This document shows, one piece after another, positions 1 to 13,000 of a stretch of 64,000 nucleotides of DNA (positions are counted from its first letter, which is position 1; the number at the start of each line of letters is the position of its first letter). The notes below the pieces were generated by a model that was given only the letters and a program-made list of their open reading frames with translations, made no database searches and was not told the origin of the DNA. Source of the stretch: Phoronis australis (lineage: Eukaryota; Animalia; Phoronida); contig NMRA01000369.1 of assembly GCA_002633005.1 (NCBI GenBank), positions 271,885-335,884 of the forward strand, written 5' to 3'. The translations under genes and the position numbers were made by a program.

Positions 1-1067
1 ATCCATTGATAAACTGCCACTAATCAAATCAACCATTTATCACCCGCTCCAAACTACTCAATATGTTATTTCTTTCAAAACCCTCAAAACTAAAAGACGA
101 AAATTCCTTTTTTGTTTTAATATACTTAACAGTATTTATTATTATTTACATCATGCATGCAACCAGCTTCTCCTGGGAGAGAGGTCAAATTTCAAAATGG
201 GGTGCTCGGAGAAAGTGTCATTTCCGTCAACCGTATTCTGTACAAATTTCCCACATCCCCAATGTTAGAATGATTTGGACAGATCATAGAGTTATACACC
301 AGTATTACACAGTCGATAAACTGCAAGTTAACCACTACTACGTTAAATACTCTTTTAAATTGTGTTTCCTTGAAGTTGCAATTGCTTCATTGATATTCAA
401 ACCTAGTGTCTTACTTTGTAAGCTTCAACTTGACCACTGCGCCAAAAGACAGTGCGCGTCGAATCTTCATTGAATTACGACATTGTCCAGTTTATTTTGA
501 AAAGTATTGTACAAAATGAAATAGTTTTAACAGATTAATGTTTGAAATTATGTCACATTATCACCAGGCATGATGACAGTTTCAATGTAAATGTAACAGT
601 AAGTAGCAAGAGGGTTGTCTGAATTTTAATTGTTGTTGTTTTGAAAATTTTGGGCTTGGGGAAATAACTAGAAGATTACTGGCTTAGAATTTTTCAGCCA
701 GTTGTATAAATCGTGGGGCCCTTCACACACAGTAGACCTTTTGAAATGAACTGGTACTGGGGAGTAAGGTACACTCACATACAAGGTCATTAAAAGTAGT
801 TCTTTGTGAACCCTGCTCATAGTCATACTGTTGTCTCAGTTAGCCTTTATAAGTAAACACAGTTTAACAATGGCTTTATGGTCTTGGCTGCAAGAGTAAT
901 TTTGTATTATTACTCCCTATCTATTTTGAATAGCCCAGCCTAGAATAAATTTTGATGGTTCTGACCCGGCTAGCTAGGGATTCTCGTAACATTTCAACCA
1001 ACTCGAAGCAACTTGTCATTCGGTGCAGATATTTTGCGCTAACTCTGTGCCTGCTCTTTTTTTAAAG

Positions 1068-4000
1068 GTATTTGTCGGTTGTCAAGCCGTTGGTGAGTGA
1101 AGCCGAGTATGAAAATACCAAGAAGTTGGTGGAGTCGTTTAAGCAGAAAGAGGGACCCATTTTACAGGCTCATCTACAGAAAAGGTGTGTGCTGTGTGGG
1201 TTTTATTTCATATTCCATGTCGTTCTCAACGTAAATTTTCAATATGTCATATTAACTGTTAATGTTAATGCATGTTTTATGATCAGATCAAGTTCATTTT
1301 TTGAAACTGCTTTAAATTTCATCAAGATTTTGTGTTAGATATACCTTGTACTTAATTATACATTATCATTTCATGTTTTAAATAAAGTTACAAATCGATG
1401 AGAAAAACCTCTTTTTCTTTGATAACACGTACAGGTATTCCACTTTATATTAATTTAAGGATGAAAACAATTTCTGGAAAGCAGTGAAGTTTTTGGCTTA
1501 ATTATGTTTTAAGACTAGGAAATAAAGCTTAGGCAAAGAATTAATGGTACAGTGTTTGCTTTCCAGAACAATTTTTTTTCGTCATTGGATACTGTCACTG
1601 TGAGCGAATTATCAATTGAGTGATATTTACTGTTATGCCACTCTGTCATGATTGCCCAGTTCTAAAGTCATTGGTTATGTCATTATGCCATTGACGATTT
1701 TCACGTGCTTAGGTATTTCATTGTACTTTGTACTCTGTCCTAATCAGTATTGCGCCATCTTCAGGTCATGGCTTAAGACTAACTGGTTATCTGAATGGTG
1801 GCTGGAGCGAGCTTATCTCACTGGCAGGTACTCCCTTGCAGGTAAGCTATTCTCACAATATTGACCTAAAGTATTAATTATCGTTTTATCTTTGTCAAAA
1901 CTAATCACTCAAGTAACCTTTTTATGTGCTGACCTTACTCATTTGTGTGTATCGCCATGATTGCTTTCTTGTGTCGTAGTGCCCGTCTGGCGTTGGCGAC
2001 TGTTTCTCATAAACTCTGTGTCGGGTGAACTCTACAAACTTTAGGATATGTGCTCCAATCAAGAAAACAACAGCGCCTGCTCAGATTTGGACGGATACAG
2101 TTGTTACGTATGTGCACGTTTAGGCCAACATGCGTGTATGTTAGGCAGCAACACTGTCTGCACCTTTGTGTTAAACAATTAAACCAAAGAAATTTTTAAT
2201 GGATTACGTAGATATTGTTGATGTGATTTGTGTTCAAAATAGAAAACGTATTTGTCAGTTTTCATTCGACTAGCAACACACTCTCAACTGAGGTTTCCAA
2301 AACCAGGAACCCTTTTGGGTGTGGTTGAGAAAGTCTTGTCTATTACAAAAGATACATAGTTGGCAAGAGCAAGAAATGAGATTCAGGGAATACCTGAAGT
2401 GAAAAGGCAGTGAGCCTAGGAAATGCCCAACACATGGACCGAGATTGCCTGGAAGCTGTTTTACCAATGCATGAGTCATAACTGGCCCCTTCTGTTTTTT
2501 GTGTCTGTTTCCTTCCAGTGGTATTTTTTAATTAATATTTTCAATGCAGGATCAGACATGTGTGTGGCGAATTTGTTGTGACTTAGGGTTTTCGCCAGGT
2601 CACCAAACAAAGTCTAATGTCGCATTGGTGACATCTAGCCCTACGGTAACTTTTGCTGGTATGCGCACTTACCATAATAGAAAATTCTGTTTTCAGTTAA
2701 TTCCAACTACTATTGCCTGGACTGCGCCGAGGCCCCTACTACAAATCAGCTAGCAAGAGCCAGTAACATCACATATTATTTTACACAGTAAGTGCACTGT
2801 CTGTATCCGTGCTCAACCTTAAGTTTATGCAGGACCTTAGAAAAATGTCCAAATTTGGCTAACTTCGGGACATCATACCTAAGAAATTATTGATTGGATT
2901 CATTTGAAACTTTGAGATACTACGCTCTTTGCAAAATTCAGGGAGGAATTGTTTTTAAAGTGTTCCACTTTTGCATGAGCGGCTGTTGGAATGGGACTTT
3001 ATGAGCCTCATGGAAAATTCTCTAAAAGTTTCATGAAAGGAAAACGAAATTGTATTTTAGAAAACTGAAAGAGAGTTTTTGAGTTCTCATCATGAACTCT
3101 TGTATCAGATAAAATTTGGTCACGTTTAACTTTTAGTACTGTTTTTTTACTATTGTCAGATTGGTAAAAAGTAATAAATGGAAGTTCTACAGGCTGTCTG
3201 CGTTCATAAAATGTATACTGTTAGCAAGTTAACAGAATGAGTCTTGTCAATAAGGTCTTGCATAACTTTAATTACTGTAAGTGGTTCATTATGTGTGATC
3301 AATTTGATATTTTTGTTCATTCACAATTAACAATCATAACAATTAAAGTTGGGCTGCTGAATATGACTTGTTTATCGTATCTGCAATATGTTGCTTTTGC
3401 TAAGCATGCTCATTGAAAAACATTTTGTGTACAAAGAAGCAGAAATTGACCTTAATTTCTGATTGACAGTTATAAATATCTAACACACCAGGTGCCACTT
3501 GTCTTGGAATAACTTTTGTTGTTGTTGGCAAAACAAGTTGACATCATTTTATTCTCGACTGTTTCAGAAGAACAATTACCGGCTAATTTTCAAATGATTC
3601 TCTATATTTTTGTCTGGTTCCCTTATGAGTTTTGGCCATAAAATGATGAAGCCAGGAGACTTTCAACGAAATTCATCAACTTTAGAAGTCAACTGCAATG
3701 GCTTGATTTAACACAAGAGTAAATATCAAAATAATGTTCACTGTTGCTTATAATAGTTTTGAGCCAACATTTAAAAAGTCCATGGTGTCAGAAAACATTC
3801 ATGACTTTGCTTGAGAAGTATTGATGATGATACCAGATTTCGTTCTTTCAAGCTGTGAAAAGTCCTTTGATTAAATTTTAGTCTGGTGCATTTTCTTTCA
3901 GTTTTGGCGACCTCATCTTCTCTAAGAAGCTTCACGTTCTTCTGGTCAATGATTTGGTGCCTATTTGTATGGATGGATACAAGTAAGTAATGAAGTTGCC

Positions 4001-7000
4001 AGTGAATAGTGTGAAATGCATGACTGGAATCAATAAGTGGAAGATGAAGCTGGTCCTTGATACTGATTGTGGGCCATAACGTGTGCAGGGATGGCTCCGC
4101 TGAGGCAGCACATGAAAGGGGCATTCTCTCAATGTCAAAACACATCTCAGATTTTTGGTTTTAGGTTTCTTTGACTATTAATATGTTAGTTAAAGTCAAA
4201 AATCCCCCTTAGGGTTGGTTGTAAACCCACCTCCATCACAAAAATCAACTTTAATTTTGACCACCTTCTGATTTGAAATTGGTTTCAAACTGTTCCTTAG
4301 TCAACGTGGGTGGGTTCTTTGAGATAAAAGAAAACTAACAATTCATTATTGGTTAAAACCAAGCTTTTGATGTTATGAGAAGTAATGAGTTGTCAGTTCC
4401 TCGCAACACCAAACATGACTTCTCAGCTTAGTAATGTTGAGACCAATTTCAAAGTGGCACCTAGTGGTGCAAATCAAAAGATAGTTTCTTCATTGGAAAA
4501 CAGGTTCATTGCTGCTTCAAAAAGCTAAATACTGAATGTAGTTTTGAGTTAAAATAGCGATGACTCGATTGTCAAAATCTCTGTATGGTTTTTGAGCAAA
4601 CTTGTTTTCGTATCTTAAGTTTGAAGAACACCTAGTAGTTAAAAGTTTATTGTACATTTCAAAAATATTTTTTACTAAAAATGGCTGGTCAAGAGACCAC
4701 TAGAGAGATACAGTTTTGTGAACGGTTCAAATTAATTCACCTAGACTCTAATTTCGGAAAATGTACGGTGCGAATGATTTCACTAAACACAAATTTTGGG
4801 AAAAAATATGGTACGTAGCCAAAATGATCAGTCGTGTGGGTGCAGAATTACCTGGCTGTCATGACTCCTTAGTGCAATGTACATTCCACGCCATGACGAA
4901 TGAGTGCAAGGAGAATCTACTAGATAGAGAAATTAAAATGATGTCTCTTAACCAGTCATGATTGGAAACATACTTTGCCATGTATTTTATGTTTTTGGGA
5001 CTTCGTAATTATTAGTTACTGGCGTAGCTGTGAGGATGGACTGTAAACAATAAAAAGTAATTTATGCAAAGTAGCATATACTACATACACACTATACGGA
5101 CTGCAAAAGTACCTGGTTGTCTTAGTAACTCTTTCCAAAGTTGTGCACTATTACAATACAAATTTAATGAAGAACTTCCATCTTTGCCAATCCTGTGGTA
5201 TTGCTTTGTTATTCAGCCTGTCATGAAAAGTGTATTTTTCATTTAATTTCCCAGAAATGAATTTTCGGTTCTGTTTTTGTTTTCAGAAATACCTACTCGA
5301 CTTGTCGCATTCCAGGCAAAGTGAAAGATACACTCATGAACTTTAAAGATGTGCATCACATTGTTGTCATTAGGTAAGTCACATATTCAACATGTGCTTT
5401 GCTGCAAGCACGTATAAACACTTTGGTGCTGAGTTCACAAACCACTCCTTATGCACCCGAAATTTGCCTACTCTCAACATATTGGAAGGACTGTATGTCC
5501 GTGTACCCCATTGGGTGGCATGTGAGCTGGGGTGCTGTGATTTTGGTTGCATAAGCTGTATTCTGTGAATGCAGCACTGTATTTTGCAGTCGGTTTGCAG
5601 TGTTTGTGATTGAGTGGACTGAGTTTTCAGTGCCCATGAGCCTTTTTTTTAAGTGAGGAGTTGTGTTCATGAGTGTGAAAGCCACGTTGTTTTGGACCCG
5701 TGTGAATATTTTTGATAAAAGTCATGAAAGAACTTGTTTGATAGTATTTACTAGTAAACTGTTCTGTGCAAACTGAGTTAATGTATTTTCAAATTACCTC
5801 AAACCAAAAAGTTCCATGCAAGCCATTGAAAAATGAACTTCATTAAAGTAAACCCTTGGGCCTGCATTAAAATGTTACCTAGCAGAAGTCCATGAGCCTG
5901 CATGCTCAGACCTGCTCTCAGTAATTCACAGTCGCAGTGTTTCCTTTTATCACTTATTCATTGTTAAGGCCCTGCCTCGACCAACTTCATCTTGTCATTC
6001 TGATGAAGTGGAATTGGGACAGTAACTTTGGCATAATAGCTGCCTCAAATGCGACACTGTCCACAGGACGCTCACTCAAATTGTGCAATGTTTTAGCGGT
6101 TCCATTTCATTTTTTTCTGTGTTTTCAAGATCAAATAGAGAGATACCCTTTGTTACAAGGCCCTCAACTCTTAAAGAGACATCGTTTTTACGTCCAAAGA
6201 ACATGTTTTGGGTTTTATTGTTGGAATTGATGGTCGACTTTTTGAAGTTTTTAGTATTGACTAGGGTTATAAAACAGCAAAATCTTTTGTGTTACTTTGT
6301 ATTACAAAATTCTAAATTCTAATTCTCACTGTTTTATACCAGACATCAGCTGAAATCAGGGTCAGTACGCAAAAAATACTCTGCCCTTTGTTGAGTGGGA
6401 TTTAGCTCTGCCAGTAGAACATTTGACTGCCACCGTGAGAGATCTCAGTAAATCACTTCTCGTCGATAATGTCACTTTAAATCTGTTGCCTCATTGTTTG
6501 ACCTTCTTTCTCTTGCCAGGAAGGGGGTGTACTTTGCTGTTGATGTTATGCTACCTGATGGCCGAGGGGGCACCACCGTGATTACCCCCCAGGAACTACG
6601 GCAACAGTTTCAGAAAATCTATGACATCACAGAAGGTGGGTACTCACTAACTACCTAAACCAACCTGGCAATAGTCAGTTGGATGCAGGAGACCTGCATT
6701 TTGGAACCCAGTTTGATGCACATTATTCAGTGAAAAACATGGTTGTCAAAATGCGGGAGCGCTGTAATTTGACTATTAATGCCAACATTGGTGTGTATTG
6801 TCTTATTCATATCGGAGTGCAAAAATCTGTGCTTTCAGTAGTTCTCCTCCTTCATCTTTTTGGTCTTGACTCACTAGATCCTGGGACGCCCGTTTTTCGG
6901 GGTGGATTTCCTGTTCCAATGAGACGTTTCGTTTATACAGGTCATTACTGCAACTAAACACAGGTCCAGTCGACTAATTACTTTTCTAACCTTGAAAAGT

Positions 7001-10000
7001 TAGAATTTCTTCACAACGCTTCACTCAATAATATTTAGGTGTATGAGTTTTAGATACAACATCTTGTGCCCTGTATGAACCGTGTTGTGCCTCAAACGCA
7101 ACAGAAGTCACATCAGATCTTGGTTTATTAATCTCCCATTTTTTTACATTTTTGTTAAGATGTGTCGTATGCATTCAGCCAGTGTTAAAGTTACATTTCT
7201 CCTTTTTTAGTTGACTTAAATACAAAATTCTCATACTTAGTCCTTGTACTGAAATCAGTCTCGTACTATTCCTTACCAAGATTGTTTTCCATTTTCATTT
7301 ACAACAAAAGCATCAAAACTATCAGTAACACAAGAATAGGCCTCAGAGTCTAATGGGGTTGACCAACCCTAAAATTGCGAATTGGAAAAATGGTGCATGT
7401 TGTGCACATTGCTTGTGTCTTGACTGCCATATCCATCTGGAGGTTAAGCCAGGGATTGTGACTCCTTAAATGAATGAATAATCAACTGTGCGTTATTCTA
7501 GTTAAGGGTAAAAAGTGTTTAACCTTGGATTTTACATATTAAACATCGAGCTTCAACATTCCTAGAGTGGAGGAGCACATGATATATTCACGAATTGTAA
7601 ATATTGTTTATTACTTATTAACTGTGACACACTTTTTTTCACCAGACATGAACCCTGACACCAGATACCTGGCGGCCTTGACCTCTCTGGAGAGAACACA
7701 TTGGGCAGAGGTAATACTCACATTCAACAAAATCATAAGATTGCAGCAATCAAGAATACTTTGTAAAGTCGAGTGGTTGCATGTATTGTTGAATTTTGCC
7801 ATACAACAGAAAATGTTCAAAAATGAGCTCACTAACTGGACTTCAAAAATGACATCTCCGGAAGTCATGCAATCTTTAGTCGCAGAATCGGTGTAATTTT
7901 GTTGTAGGTAGAGATTTTACCTTCAAGTGACAATTCTTGGATTGACAAAAATTTGAACAGTTACCTTAGTTTTAAATCACATTTGAAAACACGTTAAAAT
8001 GTACCAGATTGTCTCTTCTTGGTGTCCTATCTTATAAAAGTATTCTTTGTGTCTCTGTGATGGTAGTTTGTGTTTTGTGACATGTGCTGGATGTCAACGT
8101 TCTGATAAACAGCTTTACAGGGACAGAGGTATGAAGAAATGTCATATATCTATAGCTTGATTAACTGTGTGCTTTTGACACGTTTTGTAGACCCGGGAGA
8201 AGCTTTTGAAAGACCCAACTAACCTTGACAGCTTGATGGCTGTTGAAAGTGCCTTATTCCACGTGGTCTTGGATGAAGTATCTCCAAAGGTATGACTGTG
8301 TATTGTAGTATCATGGCTTTCATACAACCTGTTGAAATTTGCTCCCGTCTGGCTAATTTTTAAATGGTTATCTATTTTACTGCCAAGTGTTCCGTCAGTG
8401 ACTTCATCATTCATTGCCAAGCGCCCTGATCTGCAAATTTGGTACTTTCCGTTTTTGACCTACTTAAGTGGAGAGGTATATGTCATGTAACGGCGGGCAC
8501 CACTCAATTTTGGTTTTCAGTGCATTAGTGTGACTGCATAACAGCAAATATCCTGGTTTCCAATCGACTTAATAGTTATTTAAAGTCTTATCACAATGAT
8601 GAAAACAAGCTCTCATTGTGACAATACTGTTTCCAGTCCATGGTCTTGGACTCGCATCAACGCTCAGTCTTACTGTTGTTGCTATTTTTTCAATGAAGTA
8701 TATTTGATGAGGACTAATTAACAGGGCGATGTTAGTTTTTTTTACTCATTGAACGAGAATTATGCCACTCCCACTGTTTCAGTTTGCCTTTGAAAAATTT
8801 TTAACCCTGAAAGTAATATATTTGAGCTTCTTACAGGACATGACTGAGCAGTCGAGACTACTGATGGGTGGAGACGGCTCAAACAGGTACAGCTACATTT
8901 TTGACATAGTTATGGTGTTGACTGACTGATGCAGTCTGATGCAAAATCTAATGCTAATGTTTCTTGGACAGAATTCAAGACTCAGTTACAAAAAGATGTT
9001 TTTGATATTAAAAAGTGGGAGACACTTTTATTACACACTTGGGTTTTGCTTAATGTGATAGCTTTAAATCTCAGGTAGTTGTGTTGATTATTTTGTTTAT
9101 TATGATATTGTCCTGACTTAAAGGAATATTATCAGTGAAAAAAAGGTCTATTAAGACCAGCCTCAACACGGAATCAAACCTGCAACCCTCACGTTGGCAA
9201 TCTAATGCAATTTAGCACTGGTGCCTAAGCTAAATCGCACTCAATAGATGGCAGAGTATTTTAAGAGTATTTAACTTGTGAAGTAAGTCGCCTTGGTTTC
9301 ATCGAATGACTGCCAGATAATGGTGAGAATTGGAGATTTTGATATAAAATCACAAATCAAAGCACAAAAAATAAAGAGATTTTCTATCTGCAAAAAGTCT
9401 ATTCCATCCAACAATAAACCCCAAAATTCATTTTTCGGTTCATCAAACTGATAATGTGTCTTTAATGTGTTTGTCATGATAAATTTATTGATTTTTAGCA
9501 AGACATTAATAAAAGTAAAACGCACTGAATGTTCCCCGTATAGTTCTTCCTTCGCTTATCCCACTATCTCCGTACTCTGGCTTTTCCGTGCACATTTAGA
9601 TAAATAATTGTACGAATTATTTAAAATGACATTTTGATGATGTCTAATATTTTATGAGTTCGCGAAAGCATTTGAAGGCCTTTTTTTGTGTCAAGAATTT
9701 ACAGCCAGCTTAAATTTTTTAAATTGATTTGCCAGCTTACATTTGGCGTGCTATTCTACTTGAAACTTTAATCTTCAGTCACAATTAAATTAGTCCTAAA
9801 ACTTCAATCATTCGATTTGTTAAAATAAATGCTTTCATCTGACTATCTTTTAATTGATTTTCAATCATTCGATTTGTTAAAATAAATGCTTTCATCTGAC
9901 TATCTTTTAATTGATTTTCAAAAAATGTACATGTAAAACAGGGTCAACATAAATCAAGGTTTCAGGATATGCACTGTGACCCCATTTTCCAGGTGGTTTG

Positions 10001-13000
10001 ATGTTTGTGCAACTCTCGTTCTTTTCCCCAACGGACACGGTGGAGGAGTGGCGGAACACGCGACAGCTGATGCCCCAGTAGGTTGATTGACACCCGTCTT
10101 AAGTAGAGACGCTGTTGAGTGAGCTCACCCATTGCACCTTAACATGTTCTCTGGCTGGAGATCACTCAATGTGGTTTTTGGAGCAATACGATCAAATTGG
10201 GTCTATTAGTTGGGCAACCAAACTTAGCACCTTATATCATTGTGCAAACTGTTGAGATGTAAACCAACATTCTGTCAAAGAATCTCACTTTTGATTTAGA
10301 ACTCTTACATGTAAAGTAAAACTAATCAAAATGTGTTCCTTACTCATACCAGAGGTGCTGGCCTGGCAGGAAATGCTGGTCCGTTTTTGCTTGAGACCAC
10401 GCTCGGCGCATAAAATGACTTGATGTCACAAACCCAACTCGTTGAGCCTGATCTCAAACAGTAACGAATTGTCATCTCTTCCCAAGCTCAGATACCACCT
10501 ATAATCTGAAAAAAGGAACAAAATTTAGAGCAGTTTATGGCATGTGACCTTAATCAAAAGTCTCTTTTCTGACTGAAGATGATCTTGACAAACTTGTAAG
10601 GTGCTAGACCTCAAGTCGGTCATCACTGTGCAAATGAACGACTTAAGGTCAAACATACAGTTGCATCAAAAGCTGTGTGTGTTATGAGTGGCTTCGGTTG
10701 TATGATACAGTTTTGGCTTGCAGGAATACACTTTCCACTATTCACGAATTATAAAAAACTTTCGCTAAAGGGATCAATTTACGAGTTGGAACACTTCCAA
10801 CAAGGTTTTAGACTCACTATAGTTTTGAGAATGGCGACATTTGAAAGAACAATATTCAAAGGAACTCTAACCATACAGATTTATATGATGGTGTTGTTTT
10901 TTGACATTAAGCCATCTACCCAAACATATACAGACTATACATACCCACAGATGTCATTGCTGTGCCAGGAGATGCATAGTACAATATACTTCTTTTTTTC
11001 CCTAATAGCAATTGTTTCCATCTATTTATACATTTTTCCTGTCCCCTTCCTATTTGAAATTATTTGACGTATGTTACTGTGTACAGGTAGTTCAGTAGCC
11101 ACTTTCTGGTGCTGTGGCCATGTGCCACTTGTCTTTAGGCCTGGCTTTAGCTTTGTTTTTGAGTTCTGGTTCAGTCGTGTCATTTTTCCTGTTTTAATTG
11201 TAACTTTTTTACATCAGTGTGTCTGTTGCAAACTTTGCTTTGATATTGCAAACATGCTTTTTATCCAGTGCACTTCCTTTTCCCAATAACCTGTGACATC
11301 TTGCCTATGCAGTTACACCTCAACATCTTGTCCTGCGCATTATTATTCTATACATTCTATACTTAGTCCGGCTCATTGAATGATCTTTGCTCATTTCTGC
11401 TCATTAATTTTCTTTGCTTAGTCTTGCTTATTAAAGTCATATTAGCATGCTCATGAATATACTAACGTATTGCAGAAACTAAATGACAATGCTATTTTGA
11501 CATAATATATGCTAAACAAAGTGCATTGTGTTCGTTGACAACCTATAAATGGGTAAACGACAAATTCTGCAAATAGGTAACCTTTGCACTTACAATGTAC
11601 TTTTGGGGCTCACATAGCCCGCACCGTCATTAATTTTCAATACTCCGCACTTAGCTTTGCTTGTTCTTATTTGTCACTCAGTTCAATATCTGGTTTTGCT
11701 ATGTGTCACATTTCATGTATAGATGGTTTGCATCATCGTTCTCTGTCCAGATTTTCTCTGTCACTAATATTTATTTTCATTTTCTTGCTGTCATTTTCAC
11801 TCTATAAATTTTGATCGTGCTCAAACTAGTTAAACCTTGCTTTCCAACATATTTTGTTGAAGCTGGCGACTTAAGCAAGGCATTGTAAGGTTTTGAGTTT
11901 TCCACATTTTGCAAAAATGTGAAGATTCTGGCAACTGCCTATCAAGTTTTGTTGCTGTGGAGATGCAACCCAAGTCTTCTGGATTGGTATCTTCCTGCGA
12001 GACAAATACATGCAAATCATATACACATTGAAGTCATTTCAAGTAGAACATCCATTTACATATTAGTTTGTGTGGAATTTAGATCTTGCCGTTGGTTTGA
12101 CAAGAGCCTGTCGCTTATTGTATTTGATGGAGGACGGATGGGATGCAATGGGGAACATGCCTCAGCTGATGCAACTGTATGTAACCAAAAAAACAAAAAT
12201 GTCTACTAGGTTTTGTTGTGTGTTTGGACACTTGTATGCCTGAGTGAATGAGCGGCTGTAAATATTTTGGAGAACTGTTTCACATTTAATAGTTCTCTGA
12301 TTAGCTGTATTTATGACATTAGATTATTACTAAGATTTCAAAAGCTGTTACCCTTTATTTTAAACTGAGTAAACAATGTCCAATTTTAATAAAAACTCAG
12401 CGTTTAAAGCAGTGCTCTTTCTTAAAAGGTGTGTTACTCGATCACATATTTTGAGAAAGAGCAATGCTTGAAACATTGAGTTTTATTTATTTTGACAATG
12501 TCTTTTGCTTCACCTGGCTTTCTGGCAATCAAGTTAAATATTGGAACAAGGCTGAAACCATACTCACAACTAAAATCAAAGGATATTGTAGAGAGCATTC
12601 TGATGATGACTGACCAATCTTGTTCACTCTGTCCGTCGACACCAGGAGGCGTGTGCAAATTGCTGGGCCTCCTGCAATCTAGGAGACCCTTTGGGAGTGT
12701 GCCATGCATGCCACCTGGTGTCAACAAAGAAAGTTAACAGGACAGGTCATCATCAAAAGACTCTCTATAGATCTTTTGAGTTTACCTGTAGGTATGGTTC
12801 ACATCTTTTTTCTATGTCCTGATTTTCAGTCGTAAGGCTTTGATAGGCTTTGATTACATCCAGGTGATTCGGTCAAGTCTGAAAAATCTCACATGTTGTT
12901 TAAACAATTTATGTGATTGATGTTATTGAAAGCAAAACACCCATTTTAAACCAAAATGAAAAAAAAAACATGAAATAATGAAGTTTTCTTAAAAATTTCT

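Noticed and set aside
63-473. 136-aa ORF and the many other short ORFs in introns or antisense to real exons
   Set aside because: No motifs, composition typical of AT-rich non-coding DNA, or shadows of coding exons on the opposite strand.
9160-9235. tRNA-like sequences (also near 33960-34010)
   Set aside because: Only degenerate B-box-like remnants on the minus strand, no cloverleaf; at most SINE or TE-internal relics.
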